Shown one piece after another: positions 27,281 through 40,855 of a DNA stretch of 64,000 nucleotides. Made by a program: the position numbers and the translations under genes. The stretch's first letter is position 1. Every line of letters starts with the position of its first letter. This stretch comes from the human T2T-CHM13v2.0 reference genome, Homo sapiens, in assembly GCF_009914755.1 (NCBI RefSeq), contig NC_060939.1; one strand, 5' to 3'. The notes under the pieces are model-generated. The model was not told the origin of the DNA, searched no databases, and worked only from the letters and a program-made list of their open reading frames with translations.

Positions 27281-28944
27281 GAATGAAACAACACAGGCCT
27301 GCATTGGAGGGAGGTAGCAAGCTTCAGTTAATTTGAAAATATCAAAATGCTAATTTTAAAATACAATAAAAATTGTTCAGCTTATTTTTTCTCCCTAGCA
27401 TATTATTTTAGTATACTGAAATCCTTCCTATGTTCTGCAAATCTACAATGATCATCTATGCTCTTTGGATATATCCTGCTTTTAGATTCAGAATAGTGAC
27501 CTGTGTACTTTATAGTAACTAACATTTTAAACATTTCATTGAAGAACTTAAAACCAACTCCAAATTTGCATTATATATGGCAGAGCTCAACGTAAGAACT
27601 TCCTGTTTTATCAGCTTCTAAACTTTCCTTGGTTTTTAAGATTAAATATTACATACAGTTTAACAAAATTGAACCTTTTGGAGTTTTGGCAGTTTTTTTT
27701 TTTTTTTTTCTTGTAAAGGACATGGAGTAGAGGGAGTAAGGGGTCAGATAAATGAATATTTGTGGATCCGACATGCCAGGCAACAATTCATAAAATATTC
27801 CCTAGGAGCAGGAGGAGGAAGGGTCACTGGTGGAAGAAAGAACCCCCCTTCATCTGTGAGCAGCCTGCTCCTACTGGGGACAGAGCAGGTCAGAGTTCTG
27901 TGCATTTACAAAGGCAGCATGGGTTGTGGGGGAGGTGCAGTTCCAGATCCATGTCTGTGTCACTCGGGCACGTCTCTGAGCTTAGACTGGGAAGTCCAAC
28001 TTTATCTCTGAAAATGAGCGCTGTAGTTACTACCCTGCCTCCCCTGCCAGAATGTATTGAAAATCCAAAGAATAATATGTATGACAGCACTTTTCAAATT
28101 GGAAAGTCCTATACAATGGAAAGTTGTCAAAACTGTAATTAATGTCAACATGGAAAGGAAATTGAACAAAAATGAAGTTATTGTATTCAAAGCTTTATAA
28201 CATACATTTAGGTTAGTTCCACAAGCATTTTTTCAATGGGCGGTTTATTTGAATTGCTGCTGCTTAGGTAAAGCATGCAAAAAACATTCAGGTTTGCCTG
28301 GATTTGCTGATTTATTTCTGTCAGATTGAAAATGTTTTGTTTGTAGCAGTTTCTGGTGGGGAGAGTTTTGAGTTCTGGAGGCTCTCTCTGAGGTGCTGTC
28401 CTGGCTTCTCTGAGGCCTGCTGGGTGAAGCACTTGCCTTCAGGTCGTCCTTGTGGGCCACTGTGTCTGTGGTTCTTTCCATAGCTGGATGCAGGACAAGG
28501 GCAGGGACAGGGAAAGGAACCCCTCTGGGGAGCCCAGACTTCCGTTTCCAGAAAGTGTCTGCAGGCCAAAGAAAACACGCAGTGCCCAAATCACATCTTT
28601 GAGTTCTTGCTTCATGAGCCATCACAGTAACAGGTTGCACGGGGCCAGCCCCCGTGCTTGGCTGGACTGACTGGAGACTGAGAGATGGGTGACGTGACCT
28701 GAGAGGCCCCTTCCAGTCTGCGTCTTCAGCAGCGAGGGAGTTTGAGCTGATCGAAACCACACTTGACATCGAGCGAGGCTGCTGCTCAGTGAGGTGCAGC
28801 GGGCATGTCTATGCCATGCCAGGGCATGGGAGCCTTGACCTCTGGGGACTTGGTGCCAGGGCAGGGGCCTGAGTGGAATCCCGGCCTGCATGCTTCACCT
28901 CGGGGTCCACAGTTCGTGTTCTTCTGAGCTCTGTAGGATGAGTG

Positions 28945-29155
28945 GCTCACTGAGCATTTATTGACAGCCTACTTGTGTCAGACCGCCTTGGGGTGCTGGC
29001 AGCACAGTGGTTCACAGAACAGTATCTGTGCACTCACAGAGCTGACACTTGAAAGTGTGGGCCAAGATGACTTTTAAAAAGGACATGTGAACATGCCACA
29101 TGGTGATAAAGTCTTTGTGGAAAAGTAAAGCAGGAAAAGGAAGTAAGGAGGGCCT
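28945..29155 (-). mobile_element. L2 3' fragment
   Basis: GAGCATTTATTGACAGCCTACTTGTGTCAGAC...GGTGCTGG motif. Confidence 0.6.
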
Positions 29156-29157
29156 GA

Positions 29158-29717
29158 GGTGTGTGCATGTCAGGGTGAATGTGTGTATGCATGTATGCAA
29201 ATGTGTGAGATTGTATGTGCTGTGCATGCATCTGTGTGTGCATATGTGGTGTGCTGTGGAATGTATGAGTGGGGGTGTGTACATGTATGTGTGTGGTATG
29301 TACATGTACTTGTGTGTCTGGTGTGCTGTAGTGTGTGGTGTGTGTATATGTAGGCACATGTGTGTATGAATGTGATGTGTGTATATGAGTGTGATTATGT
29401 GTGGTGTGTGTGCATGTGTATGTGTGTGTAATGTGCTGTGGGGTGTGTGTGGTGTGCTATGGGGTGTGTGTGTGCATGTGTGAGTGTGGTGTGCTGTGGT
29501 GTGTGTGTGATGTGCTGTGGTGTGTGGTGTGTGCTGTGGAGTGTGTGTGTGCATGTGCGTGTCTCTGTGTGTGATGTGCCATGGTTGTGTGTGTGCATGT
29601 GTATATGAGTGTGTGATATGCTGTGGTGTTTGTGTGTGGTGTGCTGCAGTGTGTGTGTGAGTGTGTGTGATGTGCCGTGGTTGTGTGTGTGTGTGTGTGT
29701 GTGCACGCATGTGTGTG
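29158..29717. repeat. Degenerate (TG)n low-complexity tract
   Basis: ~560 bp of GTGT/GTGCAT/GTGCTGTG units, ending in an uninterrupted alternating Y-R run at 29682-29717. Confidence 0.95.
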
Positions 29718-29821
29718 GAGAGGCCTGAAGCAGCTGAGGGTGTGAGTGGGCCTGGAAAGGCAGCCTTGCAGGCGGGCTCACGTTTGTTAGATGGGCGCCG
29801 CGGTGCGTTCTGGGAGTGCTC

Positions 29822-29869
29822 GGGGCGGGCGCGGGGGCGGGCGCGGGGGCGGGCGCGGGGGCGGGCGCG
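29822..29869. repeat. GC dodecamer tandem repeat (GGGGCGGGCGCG)x4
   Basis: Four perfect units starting at 29822, 29834, 29846 and 29858. Confidence 0.97.
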
Positions 29870-30075
29870 GGCCAGGAGTGGGAAGTGGTGGCTAAAGGTG
29901 GGGTCCTCGTCCTGGCGCCTCCAGGGCTCTGGGGAAGCCCCAGGAGAAGGAAAGGGTGCGCTATTCAGAGGGCAGGCGCTCGTGGGAGGCAGGGCTGGGA
30001 GTCTGCAGCCCCAGGGGCTTTACTCTGGCCAACTGGGGAGGCTGTGTGCCGGGCAGGCTGCGGGTGAACACTGCC

Positions 30076-30414
30076 TGTATTAGTCCAGTTCTCACACTGC
30101 TGTGAAGAACTATCTGAGACTGGGCAACTTTTGAAGAAAAGAGGTTTCATTGGCTCCCAGTTCCGCAGGCCTAACAGCCTGACTGGGAGGCCTCGGAAAC
30201 TCACAATCCTGGTGGAAGGCGAGGGGGAAGCGGGCTTCTTCGTCACGTGGCCAGGAGAGAGCGAGCACCTGAGGAGGTAAACAACCAGAGCTCCTGAGAA
30301 CTCACTATGGAGAGCAGCATGGGGGAAACCGTCCCCAAAATCCAGTCACCTCCCACCAGGCCCCTCACAATTGGAGGTGAGATTTGGGTGGGGACGCAGA
30401 GCCAAGCCATGTGA
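30076..30414 (-). mobile_element. MSTA-like MaLR solo LTR
   Basis: TGTATTAGTCC start, AAGAAAAGAGGTTT, GAGATTTGGGTGGGGAC..AGCCAAGCCAT end; flanks CTGCC/GTGCC (4/5 TSD). Confidence 0.88.
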
Positions 30415-31289
30415 GTGCCCGAGGAAGCGGTGCTGCACTTTGCAGTAGAGGACTCTGAAGGGAGACGGGGTGAGCCATGGGGGAGATGCATGGGGAGGAT
30501 CACAGCCTTGGCTGGGAAGGAGGGGAATGGGGCTGTGCCGGGTCCAGGGCATTGAAGCCCGATGAACACGGGAGAGCCTGGGGGTGTCAGGCTGGCTGGC
30601 GCCGGGCTCTGGAGCCCTGAGCAGGGCGTCTGAGAGCAGAATGTCGGTTCTTAAGGCCTGGGCAATGACCAGGCACATCCTCTGGAAGATAAGAGCTGGG
30701 GCCATAGGGCAGGAAGGACCGTGGAAGGACCAGACTTGTGGGTGCAAAGAATGGACAGGAAGCAGGGCCTTGGGGTCAGGAGGAGCCGCAGGGAAGGCAG
30801 AACGGTGGCCAAGCATTGGGGAATCAGCTGCGGAATCCACAGAGCGCGACATTCCCTTGGATTGGAGAGGACAGCTCGTCTGCAGGCAACTGGGAGGAGC
30901 GAGGTGGACCTGCTGCCTGCAGTCCCCATGGTATAGACACTTTGGGAGGAGGGTGCAGGCTGCAGTGTCCTCTGTGGGGAGCACACCAGAGGCTTCTTGT
31001 CCACATTCTAAGTCTAGTCTCTAGGGCAGGCTGGCATTAGTATGGTTCAGTCACCTCCCCAGGTGACTCTAGGGTACATCCGGGGTCCATAGCCCTGGAA
31101 CCAGACTCAGAGTTGAAAGGCAGTTCGGAGACAAGCATGTGTTTGCACAGGACTCTACCGTGTGTGACCATAGTAGCAGCCCCTGCCAGGCCTCAGGGTA
31201 GGCGGGGGAGAGAGGCTCTTGGATTGGAGACCCCCGAGCACAGGGCACAGTGGCAGATCATGCAGGAAGGCTGTGGTCATGCGAAGGGA

Positions 31290-33625
31290 GGACATCTTGC
31301 CAGGACGGCAAACACTCATCTGCTTTCTGCCTCTGTGCATTTGTTCGTTCTGAATATTGCATGTGAATGAAATCATATGCCATGTGGCCTCCCTCTTGTG
31401 ACTGGCTTCTTTCACTCAGCATCATGTTTTCAAGGTTCATCCATGCTGCACCCCGTGTCAGTACTTCATTCCTTTTCATGGCTTAATAATATTCCACTAT
31501 ATGGATATACCACATTGTGTGTGCCCATTCATCTGTTGATGGGCATTTTAGTTGTTTTCACCTTTTAGCCATTTTAAATAGAACTGCTATGAACATCGGT
31601 GTACAAGTTTTTGTTTGAACACCTGTTTTCAGTTCTTTTGTGTATAGACAGGTAGTCCCTGACTTAAGATTTTTTGACTTTACAATGGAGTGAGAGCACT
31701 ACACGCTCAGTAGAAACCATACTTTTGAGTACCCACATAACCATACTGTTTTTCACTTTCAATAAATTACATGTGATATTCAACACTTTATTATAAAGTA
31801 TGTTTTGTGTTAGATTATTTTGTTGAACTATAGGCTAATAAAGAGCTCTGAGCATGTTTAAGGTAGGCTAGACTAAGCTATGATGTTTGGTAGATTAGTT
31901 GTATTAAATGCATATTTTACTTAAAGTATTTTCAGCATATGGTGGGTTATCCGTAGGTAACCCCATTGTAAGCTGAGCAGCACCTGCGTTTAGGAGTGGA
32001 ATTGTGGGTCATATGGGAATTCTATGTTTAACTGATTGAGAAACTGCCAAAGTGTTTTCTATAGCAGCTGCACCGTTTTACAGTTCCACCAACAACCTAT
32101 GAGGGTTCCAATTCCTCCACATCCTCTACAACACTTATTTTATTTTAGTTTCATGGTCATCCTAGTGGCTGTGAGGAGGTATGTGATTGTGTTTTTGATT
32201 TACATTTTACTAATGAATCTAGGATGTCTTTCTATTTATTTGTGTTTTAAAAAAATGTTTCAACATTTGATAATTTTCAGTATACAAGACTTGTACTTCT
32301 TTGGCTAAAATTATCCCTAAGTATTTTTGACTCTATTGTAAATGAAATAGTTTTCCTACTTTTGCTTATTGCTAGTGTGTTTCCTCTTCAGGCTTTTTAT
32401 TGCTGGCATATGAAATTGGTGCAACTGATTTTTGTTGAGTTGATTTTATATCCTGCAACACTGCTGAGTTTGTCTATTAGCTCTAACTGTGGGTGTGTTC
32501 TTATATTTTATACATATAAGGGTGTATCATATGTAAGTAAAGATAGTTTTATTTCTTCCTTTACTATTTGGATGCCTTTTACTTATTTTTCTTGCCTAAT
32601 TGCTCTGGCTTGAACTTCCAGTAAAATGTTGCAAAAGAGGGCATACTTGTCTCGTTCCTGTTCTTAAGGGAGAAAGGGTGCAGTCTTGTCATTGAGCATG
32701 ATGTCAGCTGCAGATTTCTCATACATTTTATCATGTTGAGGAAGTTCTGCTTCTAGTTTATTGAGTTAATTTTTCATCATTAACAGATACTGTATTTTGT
32801 GAGTTCCTTTTTTGGTATCAATTGATCATTTTGTTTTTCTCTTCATTCTGTTAATGTGATGTATTGCATTAACTTTTTGTATACTGAATGACTGTTGCAT
32901 TTCTGGGATAAATCCCACTTGATCATGATGTATAATCCCTTACATGCTACTGGATTCAGTTTGCTAGCATTGTGTTAAAGATTTTTGCATATATATTCAT
33001 AGGGGATATTGTTCTGTCGTTTTCTTTTCTTGTGATGTCTCTTCCTGGCTTTGTAATGATGACCTCATAGAAAGAGTTAGAAGTTTCCTCCTCTTCTATT
33101 TTTGGAGGAGTTTGAGAAGGACTGGTGTTGATTCTTCTTTAAATATTTGGTAGGATTCCCAGAAAAGCTATCTGATCGTGGGCTTTTCTTTGCTGGAAAG
33201 TTTTGATCACTGATTCAACCTCGCTGTTTGCTCTAGATCTGTTCGGATTTTCCATTTTCTTTGTGAGTCACTTCCCTGCATATGTCTTTCCAGGGAAACC
33301 CCTGTCAGGTCAAAACCAACAAACGTGGTTCCTTGGGTATAAGATCCACTCTGCTCTTTCCAGAAATGTCCACATGGGAAACTCGGCCTGCCCTATTCAA
33401 GATGGCTGCTGTACTGCATCGTGGGGCAGAGCTACGGCAAGCTAAAATCCTGCAGTGTTCTCCTGTCCTGTTTCAGTGGCAAACATTCCTTGGTTGTTAT
33501 AACCCTGTGGCTATCTTTCGGCATGCTGGTAAGGTTGATTCTGCCAGTTTTTGTCAAGTTTTTCAGCATTTCTTAGGAGGAACACCCCAGAGGTCCCTGC
33601 TCCACCACTTTTGCTGATGTCACAC
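31290..33625 (-). mobile_element. Ancient L1M (MB/MC-like): 3' end, ORF2 pieces and a 5'-end-like remnant
   Basis: TGGCTTCTTTCACTCAGCATCATGTTTTCAAGGTTCATCCATG; ORF2 reverse complement at 32.2-33.27 kb; TTTTGCTGATGTCAC terminus; no intact ORF. Confidence 0.85.
31649..31986 (-). mobile_element. MER47A (Tigger-derived DNA element) inserted in L1
   Basis: CAG...CTG termini; TTTAAGGTAGGCTAGACTAAGCTATGATGTTTGGTAG and TTCAACACTTTATTATAAA internal motifs. Confidence 0.88.
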
Positions 33626-35449
33626 CTGTTAAATAAACTTTTCTTACGCACTCACTGTTTTATGAAGCAACAGTTCTTTTACTGTGGAGTTTAAAGAGTC
33701 TCATCATTTTCCTCTCTCACCTGGCCCTCTACGGGAAGCACCCTCTGATGTCCCATTCACCCCGGGCTTCTGTGTCTGGATCACACCAGCCATGTCATTC
33801 TGTTATGACTCAGTTTACTAGTTTTTGACTTCCTTTCTGACAGAACTGGGGAATCTTTAGGGGGGATGGTCTCCCAGATTTGAGTCTTATAAAGAATGCT
33901 TCTTTGTGTGTGTGCATTTCCAAATAAATGCAAATGAGGCAGGGCGTGTCTTTCATGTTTTCTCTGTTATCCTATTTTTATGTGTCCATGTTCATCTCTC
34001 TGCTCTCCTCTCCCACTGTCTGAGACCTCACTATCTGGTCCTGCCTGCCTTGGACAGCTGTTTGCTGTCAGGTAGCTGCTGTGTAAGGACCCGCAGCACT
34101 CACAGGTAATGGTTGTTCCTGTGTCTGCAGCAACAAGCGGATGCTCTGGAGGCTCTGTGTCGTGTTGCCCCGTCCGTGTGAGCTGCCGTGCAGCGGACTG
34201 TGCTTAATCTCGGGTGATTTAGTGCTGGAGAAAATAACAGTCAGGCCAGCCATTGAAAAATAGATGTGCTTATCAAATATGTGTTTGCTTTGTGTGCAAG
34301 TTGAATTACAGAGTTTTCAGAACAGGAAGGGCGGGACCTTTGAGATGACTTGCTCGGTGTCTTTGTTTTACAAAATTAAGGAATGGAATTCACAGAAGTC
34401 CATCAAACAGCAGCTCTCTCCCTCCCAGAAGAGTGTCCCCCCTGCAGCCCCACATAATTACCAGTATCTCCATCCACAGGGTCTTCTCCTTGAGTTTTCA
34501 CTAGACTTGGTCTGGTAGCTGAGTTTGTAGATTCCTGCATGGTGCAGTTGAAAGGGAATTGAGAAGGGGCCTCCTTCTGTAATTTGTTTTCCTGGCACAC
34601 ATCCCCAGTCACTGAACCCTACCCCACGGACTCCTCTAGACAGGCAGCCATTGGGTTGAGAGAGAGGATCTCCTCTAGAGTGGGTGCTCACTCAGAGAGT
34701 GCCTGAGCATTGTATCCTGGGCACCTGAGGCTTGAAGCTAGTGAGGAAGGGAGTGTAAAAATGAGAACGGAACAGACCAATGTCACATGTGGCCAGGTTG
34801 GTGAGGTGGAGGCAGGAGAGCTGTGATGAAGTGGAGGGGTGCAGCCAGGCTGACTCAGGCTCTGACACTTACTGCATGACAGTGAGCAGACCCTTACATG
34901 CCCTCCTCATTGGTTTTCCCATCTGTGCAATGGGATGATGATGATAATAGTCAGGAGTTCTGAGAAGAGCGTATGAAGCACTGAACAGTCCACTGGTGCT
35001 CTCTGAGAGTCAGCTGTCATGACATCGTAAGTACTGTTTGTTATGAGCTGCTAAGCCCTGCGGCTCCCTGCTGGAGTCGGGGACTCTGCTGTTCATATAC
35101 ACAAGGCCCAGTCCTGAGTGTGCATTCTCTTGACTTCTAATGTTGATCCTTCTATTGGACATACAGAAAGATTATGCATGGTCGTAGCTATGATGTTTTG
35201 TTAAAAGAAAGGCCCTTAAAATTTTTATTTTTAAAAATTTTAGAAAGATATCAGGCTAGAAAATTTTGGCAACAATATTTGGGCACTCAAGATAGAAACC
35301 CAATTTCCAGTATGATGGATACTCTGTAAGTCAGAGAGTGACATAAAGAGCCCTAAAAAAGGAACTTCAGAAGGTATTGACACTATTGCACCTTTTTAAA
35401 TGTCGAGGTCCCTTCAGCGTGTAAATGGGTTCATGCCTTACTTCATGCT

Positions 35450-35665
35450 GGGAGGCACAGAGCATAGTGGCTCACAGTTTGGTCAGAATACCTGGTTTCA
35501 AGGCCAGTGCCATGGGACACCTTCTCAGCCCCATGACCATTCACATAAAAAATAAAGATGTTATTAGCAGTATTAGTCCTCCTGCCATTGTTCTGACACC
35601 TGATGTTGGTTTTATGCATGCAGATCACATTGCACAGTCTTTGGCACATGGGAGATGCATATAGT
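35450..35665 (+). mobile_element. MIR remnant
   Basis: GCATAGTGG..GGTTTCAAG..CACAGTCTTTGGCACATGG; highly diverged. Confidence 0.55.
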
Positions 35666-38269
35666 TACCCTTAGTGGTTGCGAGTATTTGCTCCATACAG
35701 CCCACAGACCTGAATTAAGCTGGCTGCTTCCACGAGTCCTGTCCTGGGTTCTGTGCCAAGGACCCAGGTGCTTGCCTTTTCCATTTTAGAGTGAAGGCCA
35801 CAGCAGTCAAGCCTTCAGAGGCTGCAGGGGTGAGCATTATTTCCTCATTACTCCTTTGGAGACCAGGGGTCAGAAAGCCGGAGTGCATGGCCCAAGGCAT
35901 TTGAGGTGATGAGGGTTTCCAGATGAGGACTATCAGGCTCTGCAGCTTTTTATTGCACCAGCTGCCTTCTTAAAAAATTGTCTGCCTCCATATTTGCAGT
36001 GTACTTGGTCTAGAAAACAGTGTCTCCCAGTCTCAGCCCCAGATAATAGATGATCTTGTTTTAATGTGTTTGGAATGTGGCCATACAGATGGGATTGACC
36101 TTCCTGGATTCTAAGAAAAGCTTCTGGGCCTGAGGAGGCACAGATTCCTGGGGCTCAGGAAACATAAATAGAGGGAAGCAGTTCTGCAGGGAGCAGGGAG
36201 AGCCTTCCCTTGTTGGAATTGGGCCTGAGAGCATTATGTCACCTACATTTGCAGAGATGCCTGTCTCTCAGAGGGTGGAGAGTGTAGGACATAAATTAAC
36301 TCAATAAACTAGAAGCAGCACTTTTATGCTTTGTGCAGCATAAACTCAAAAGATTTGCTTTTCTGATTACAAATAGATATTTATTGTTAAAATTTAAAAA
36401 TATAGCAAAGCACAAAGAAGAAAAAATCCTAGATATTACCATTTAAATTTTAGTATATAGTTTTCCAAATATATATATTATGACAACAAACATACACACA
36501 ATTTACACTGAGAATAGCATTTTCTAGCCTGTTTTATACACAAGACACATAATTATCTGTGTCTATACCATAGTTTCTTTTCTTTACAGCTGTACCTCAA
36601 AGCTCTGCCTCAGTGTTTAACCCTAATACACTCTCCACCCTCTGAGAGACAGGCATCTCTGCAAATGAACAGGACTGGATTTTCGCCACACCGATGTCTC
36701 CCATTGTCAGTTTTTTAAAAAATGACATTTCAGTAACAAATTCCACCAGGACTTTGGACTTAGACTGTCTTATCACCGTCATGTCAGCAGCAAACAGCTC
36801 AGGCCCCTGTGTGGCTGGCTCTTGGCAACTCTGTTGAATGAAGGCATTTATATGGTTGTTTTGGCAAAAGTGCATGGATTACAGAACTTCACTGTGGTAT
36901 AAGAATTGGTAAATGCATATGCAGACACACACATGCTTCTGTGATGATAAAAGAGAGTTCTGGAAATCAAGACACACCCCATATACTTTCTTGCGACAGG
37001 TGTGGGAAACACACGCTTTCTCATCACAGTGATTTCCCTTGTGTAGGTCTCGGTCTCCACATAGATGCTGGCGAATGTGCTGGAAGGTGTGGTATCTCAC
37101 AGTGAACTTCTTCCTCGTGGCGTTACACGTGGTTGTCCCTCATAATTTAATTATTTGTAAAGCTGTCCCACAATTTTCATAACCGAGTGTATACTCATCA
37201 CTTTCTAGCAGAGAATGATGCCACAGCATGGGAGAGGAGACAAGTATCATCTGCTCCCTATTCTTTCACTAAACTTAGGTTTTTCTCTTTGGATGTTGTG
37301 CTCCAAGCAGTGAGAGGCTGGGACTTTAGTGTCCTCCCAGTGGAGCGCAGGAGGAGAGACCTGGTCCGGGAAGCACGTGCCTTCCTCCTGGCTCTGCCTC
37401 TTCTGACTTCCTCTTCCACACCAACCCGTTTTCAGACACGGATGCCTGATCCCTTCTCTGCATGCAGAAACTGAGCTCCTCCTGGCTGCAGGATGTCCCC
37501 CAGGACCCGCCTTCCCTTCCTGGGCACCCACAACAACTCTTCCATTTCCAGCGGTTCAGCCCAACCTGGATTATCGCATCTCATCAACAGCCACCATATG
37601 GTCAGCCTGGCAGGCTGCAGATCCTTGCATTTGGAAATGCTCCAATTCATCACATACGGTTCCCAGCAAAGTATAGCCAGTCAGCTCATACTAACTCATG
37701 ACAAATTGTTCTTTCACGATTCACAGTGGGCACCGTCACACAAAGCAGGGTTCTGGTTTCTGCGTGTCTTTTCTTCATGTTTGTCATTTAGTTTAGCAAA
37801 TATTTATTGAGCACAACTGTGTAGGGGCTCCAGGCTCAGCGCTGCTGAGGATTCTGAGTTTCATCAGAGGAAGTCTCTGCCCTTCAGGAGCATCTAGTGC
37901 AGTAAAGGGATAAAACATGTCCACAGACATCTGGTCAACCATATGAATCATTGTTCCTCTGTTGTATTTTGCAGATCAGAAAAAATTGTATCTTTCAGCA
38001 GAGAGATGATTAGTTAATTGCTCACCTTTGTGCTCACAGCTTATTCATCTTTGGACTTTGAAGCCAGGGCTGCTGAGCTGGAATCTCAAATTGTCTTAGG
38101 ACAAGGATCTCTGCACAAGGCATGAAATTAGAACCAGCATTTTCCTTCTCATTGTCAGTAGCTCTGTGTATACATTTCATTTTTGTATCTTCTGGGAGGG
38201 ACCAATAACTATAAGATACTAACTTCTGTTTGCATATGTTTTTCAAATCTGGAACCAGTTTCCAAATAA

Positions 38270-38740
<471 letters not shown>

Positions 38741-39210
38741 TGAATGCTTTTCTAGTGTCAGATCCTTCTACCAGACTTTGAGCTCTGGTGGGCAGATACT
38801 TGGAGATGCTGGCCCGCTGCTGGGCATGTAAGAAATGGAAAGGCAGAGGAAGCTGCCCAGAAAGGCTGCAGATGTTTTGAGGCAAGAGTATGGGCTCCTG
38901 GGGACCCTGGGTACTTGGGGCTTAGAAAGAGGGCCCTATTTCTCTGGGCTTAGGAAGAAAGAGTATCTTCCCTGTAGACACAGCTCACCTCATTCACAAC
39001 TTTTCCTGAGGCATAGAAAAATTTTATTCAGTTATTTTTACCTTCTCTCCTTCCCTCCTTCCCTCCCTCCTTTACTTCCTTTGTTTTTCTCTTTCTCTTT
39101 TTCTTTCTTCTTGTCTCTCCTTCCTTTTTCCAACCACTCCCAATCATTTTTGTCTTTCAGGATTACAGCTTTAATTATAATATTCTCTAAATTTTCTGTT
39201 CACCCTGCCG

Positions 39211-39429
39211 CAGAGACACTTAACTGGTGCGATTCTGTCTCCCACCTACCCAGTCCCCACTGAGTGACTGGAGGTGTTCTGCTGCTGAAGCCTGGGGGAG
39301 GTGTGCTACTGGCAGTGAGCGGGTCAAGGCCAAGCAGGCCACTCAACAGCCTGAATATTCAGGAAAGGTCCCTCCCTAAGGAATTAGCTGGCCCAAAATG
39401 TCATACTGTCAAGGATTTGAGAAGTGCTG
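39211..39429 (+). mobile_element. MER20 (hAT-Charlie)
   Basis: GTGCTACTGGCA..GGCCCAAAATGTCA..TTGAGAA..CTG; flanks CCCTGCCG/CCCTGGAG resemble an 8-bp TSD. Confidence 0.75.
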
Positions 39430-39723
39430 CCCTGGAGAATAAGGATATCTATGATAAATGACATTATGATAATATTACAAGCCTGCTGTCATTATTAGCT
39501 AATTTTTTTCTTCTTAAATCTATTATTCTTTTTTTTTTTAAATCAGATGTCTTATAAGAAGAGAAGGAATTAAAAGAAAAAAAAAAAGAAACTGTAACAA
39601 CAAAGTCCTGGGTAACACACAGAAAGAGTTAGGCCTGAATGATTTGGAGTTATCACAATTTTAGTATTTTAAATTTTTGTTAATATGCTCTGAGAACACA
39701 GGAAGAGAAGATTCAGTCTTTTA

Positions 39724-40104
<381 letters not shown>

Positions 40105-40855
40105 TTAAAGCCAACTTGACTTGGGCATTAGGAAGAGGAAATATTTTGTTCGTTTTTAAATAAGAAGTTTGACAGTTGTCATCAAGATTATTTTAAAGAG
40201 TTTGAGCCTTCCCTAAACCTATTCCAGGATTTGGTACTGAAAGTCTCCTAAGTCTAGTAGGACAAGCAAAGTCTCTACTTGTCCAAGTAAATTAGAAATT
40301 CTTGCAGAATTCATATGTGGCAAATTATCATATGGAAAATGACAAAAATAAATGATTCCAGAAACATAAAAACCCTCAATATACTAGATAAAATGTGTCA
40401 TACCAGAGAGTCTTCTAGTGCCAGTCAAGATGGAGCTGCCCCTTTGCTCTTGGTTTCCTCTTAGGACCAAAAGTCCCTGGTCATGACAAAACAAGCCAGC
40501 ACAGGAAAAGAAGAAGGCGGATTGCCTGGTGACCTTGGGACTTAAGGGACAACACATGATGAGTTAGCCCCAGTCCCGTAATATGTCCAAAGTGCCGAGG
40601 ATATGATCAAAACTCACTTGAATTACAGCAAAACAGGAAAGACACCCTTGAATAAGAGAACGAAATGAGTTTTGCCAACAGCAAGATGAATGAGATGTTG
40701 TAATTATTGGGCAAAATATGTAGTATGCAGAGAAAATACTTAGACAATTACATCTAAATAATGAGGACAGTAAAAGGACCTAAATGGAAGTAAGTTTTCT
40801 ACACTTCACTCAAAGTGCTAAGCCACTCTGATGACAGTAGACTGTGCTAAGTTGT

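Noticed and set aside
28720-28800. Coding-looking snippet (REFELIETTLDIERG) with several CpGs
   Set aside because: Weak splice signals, no start codon or partner exon, and no protein I recognise; tBLASTn or PhyloCSF support would be needed.
29012-29781. Longest ORFs (232 aa His/Thr-rich and overlapping ORFs)
   Set aside because: They are translations of the (TG/CA)n low-complexity tract, which lacks stops by composition.
29661-31040. Cluster of 80-212 aa ORFs, including RARG and GAGA repeats
   Set aside because: Products of the GC dodecamer, the MSTA LTR and G-rich DNA; they overlap on both strands and show no recognisable domain.
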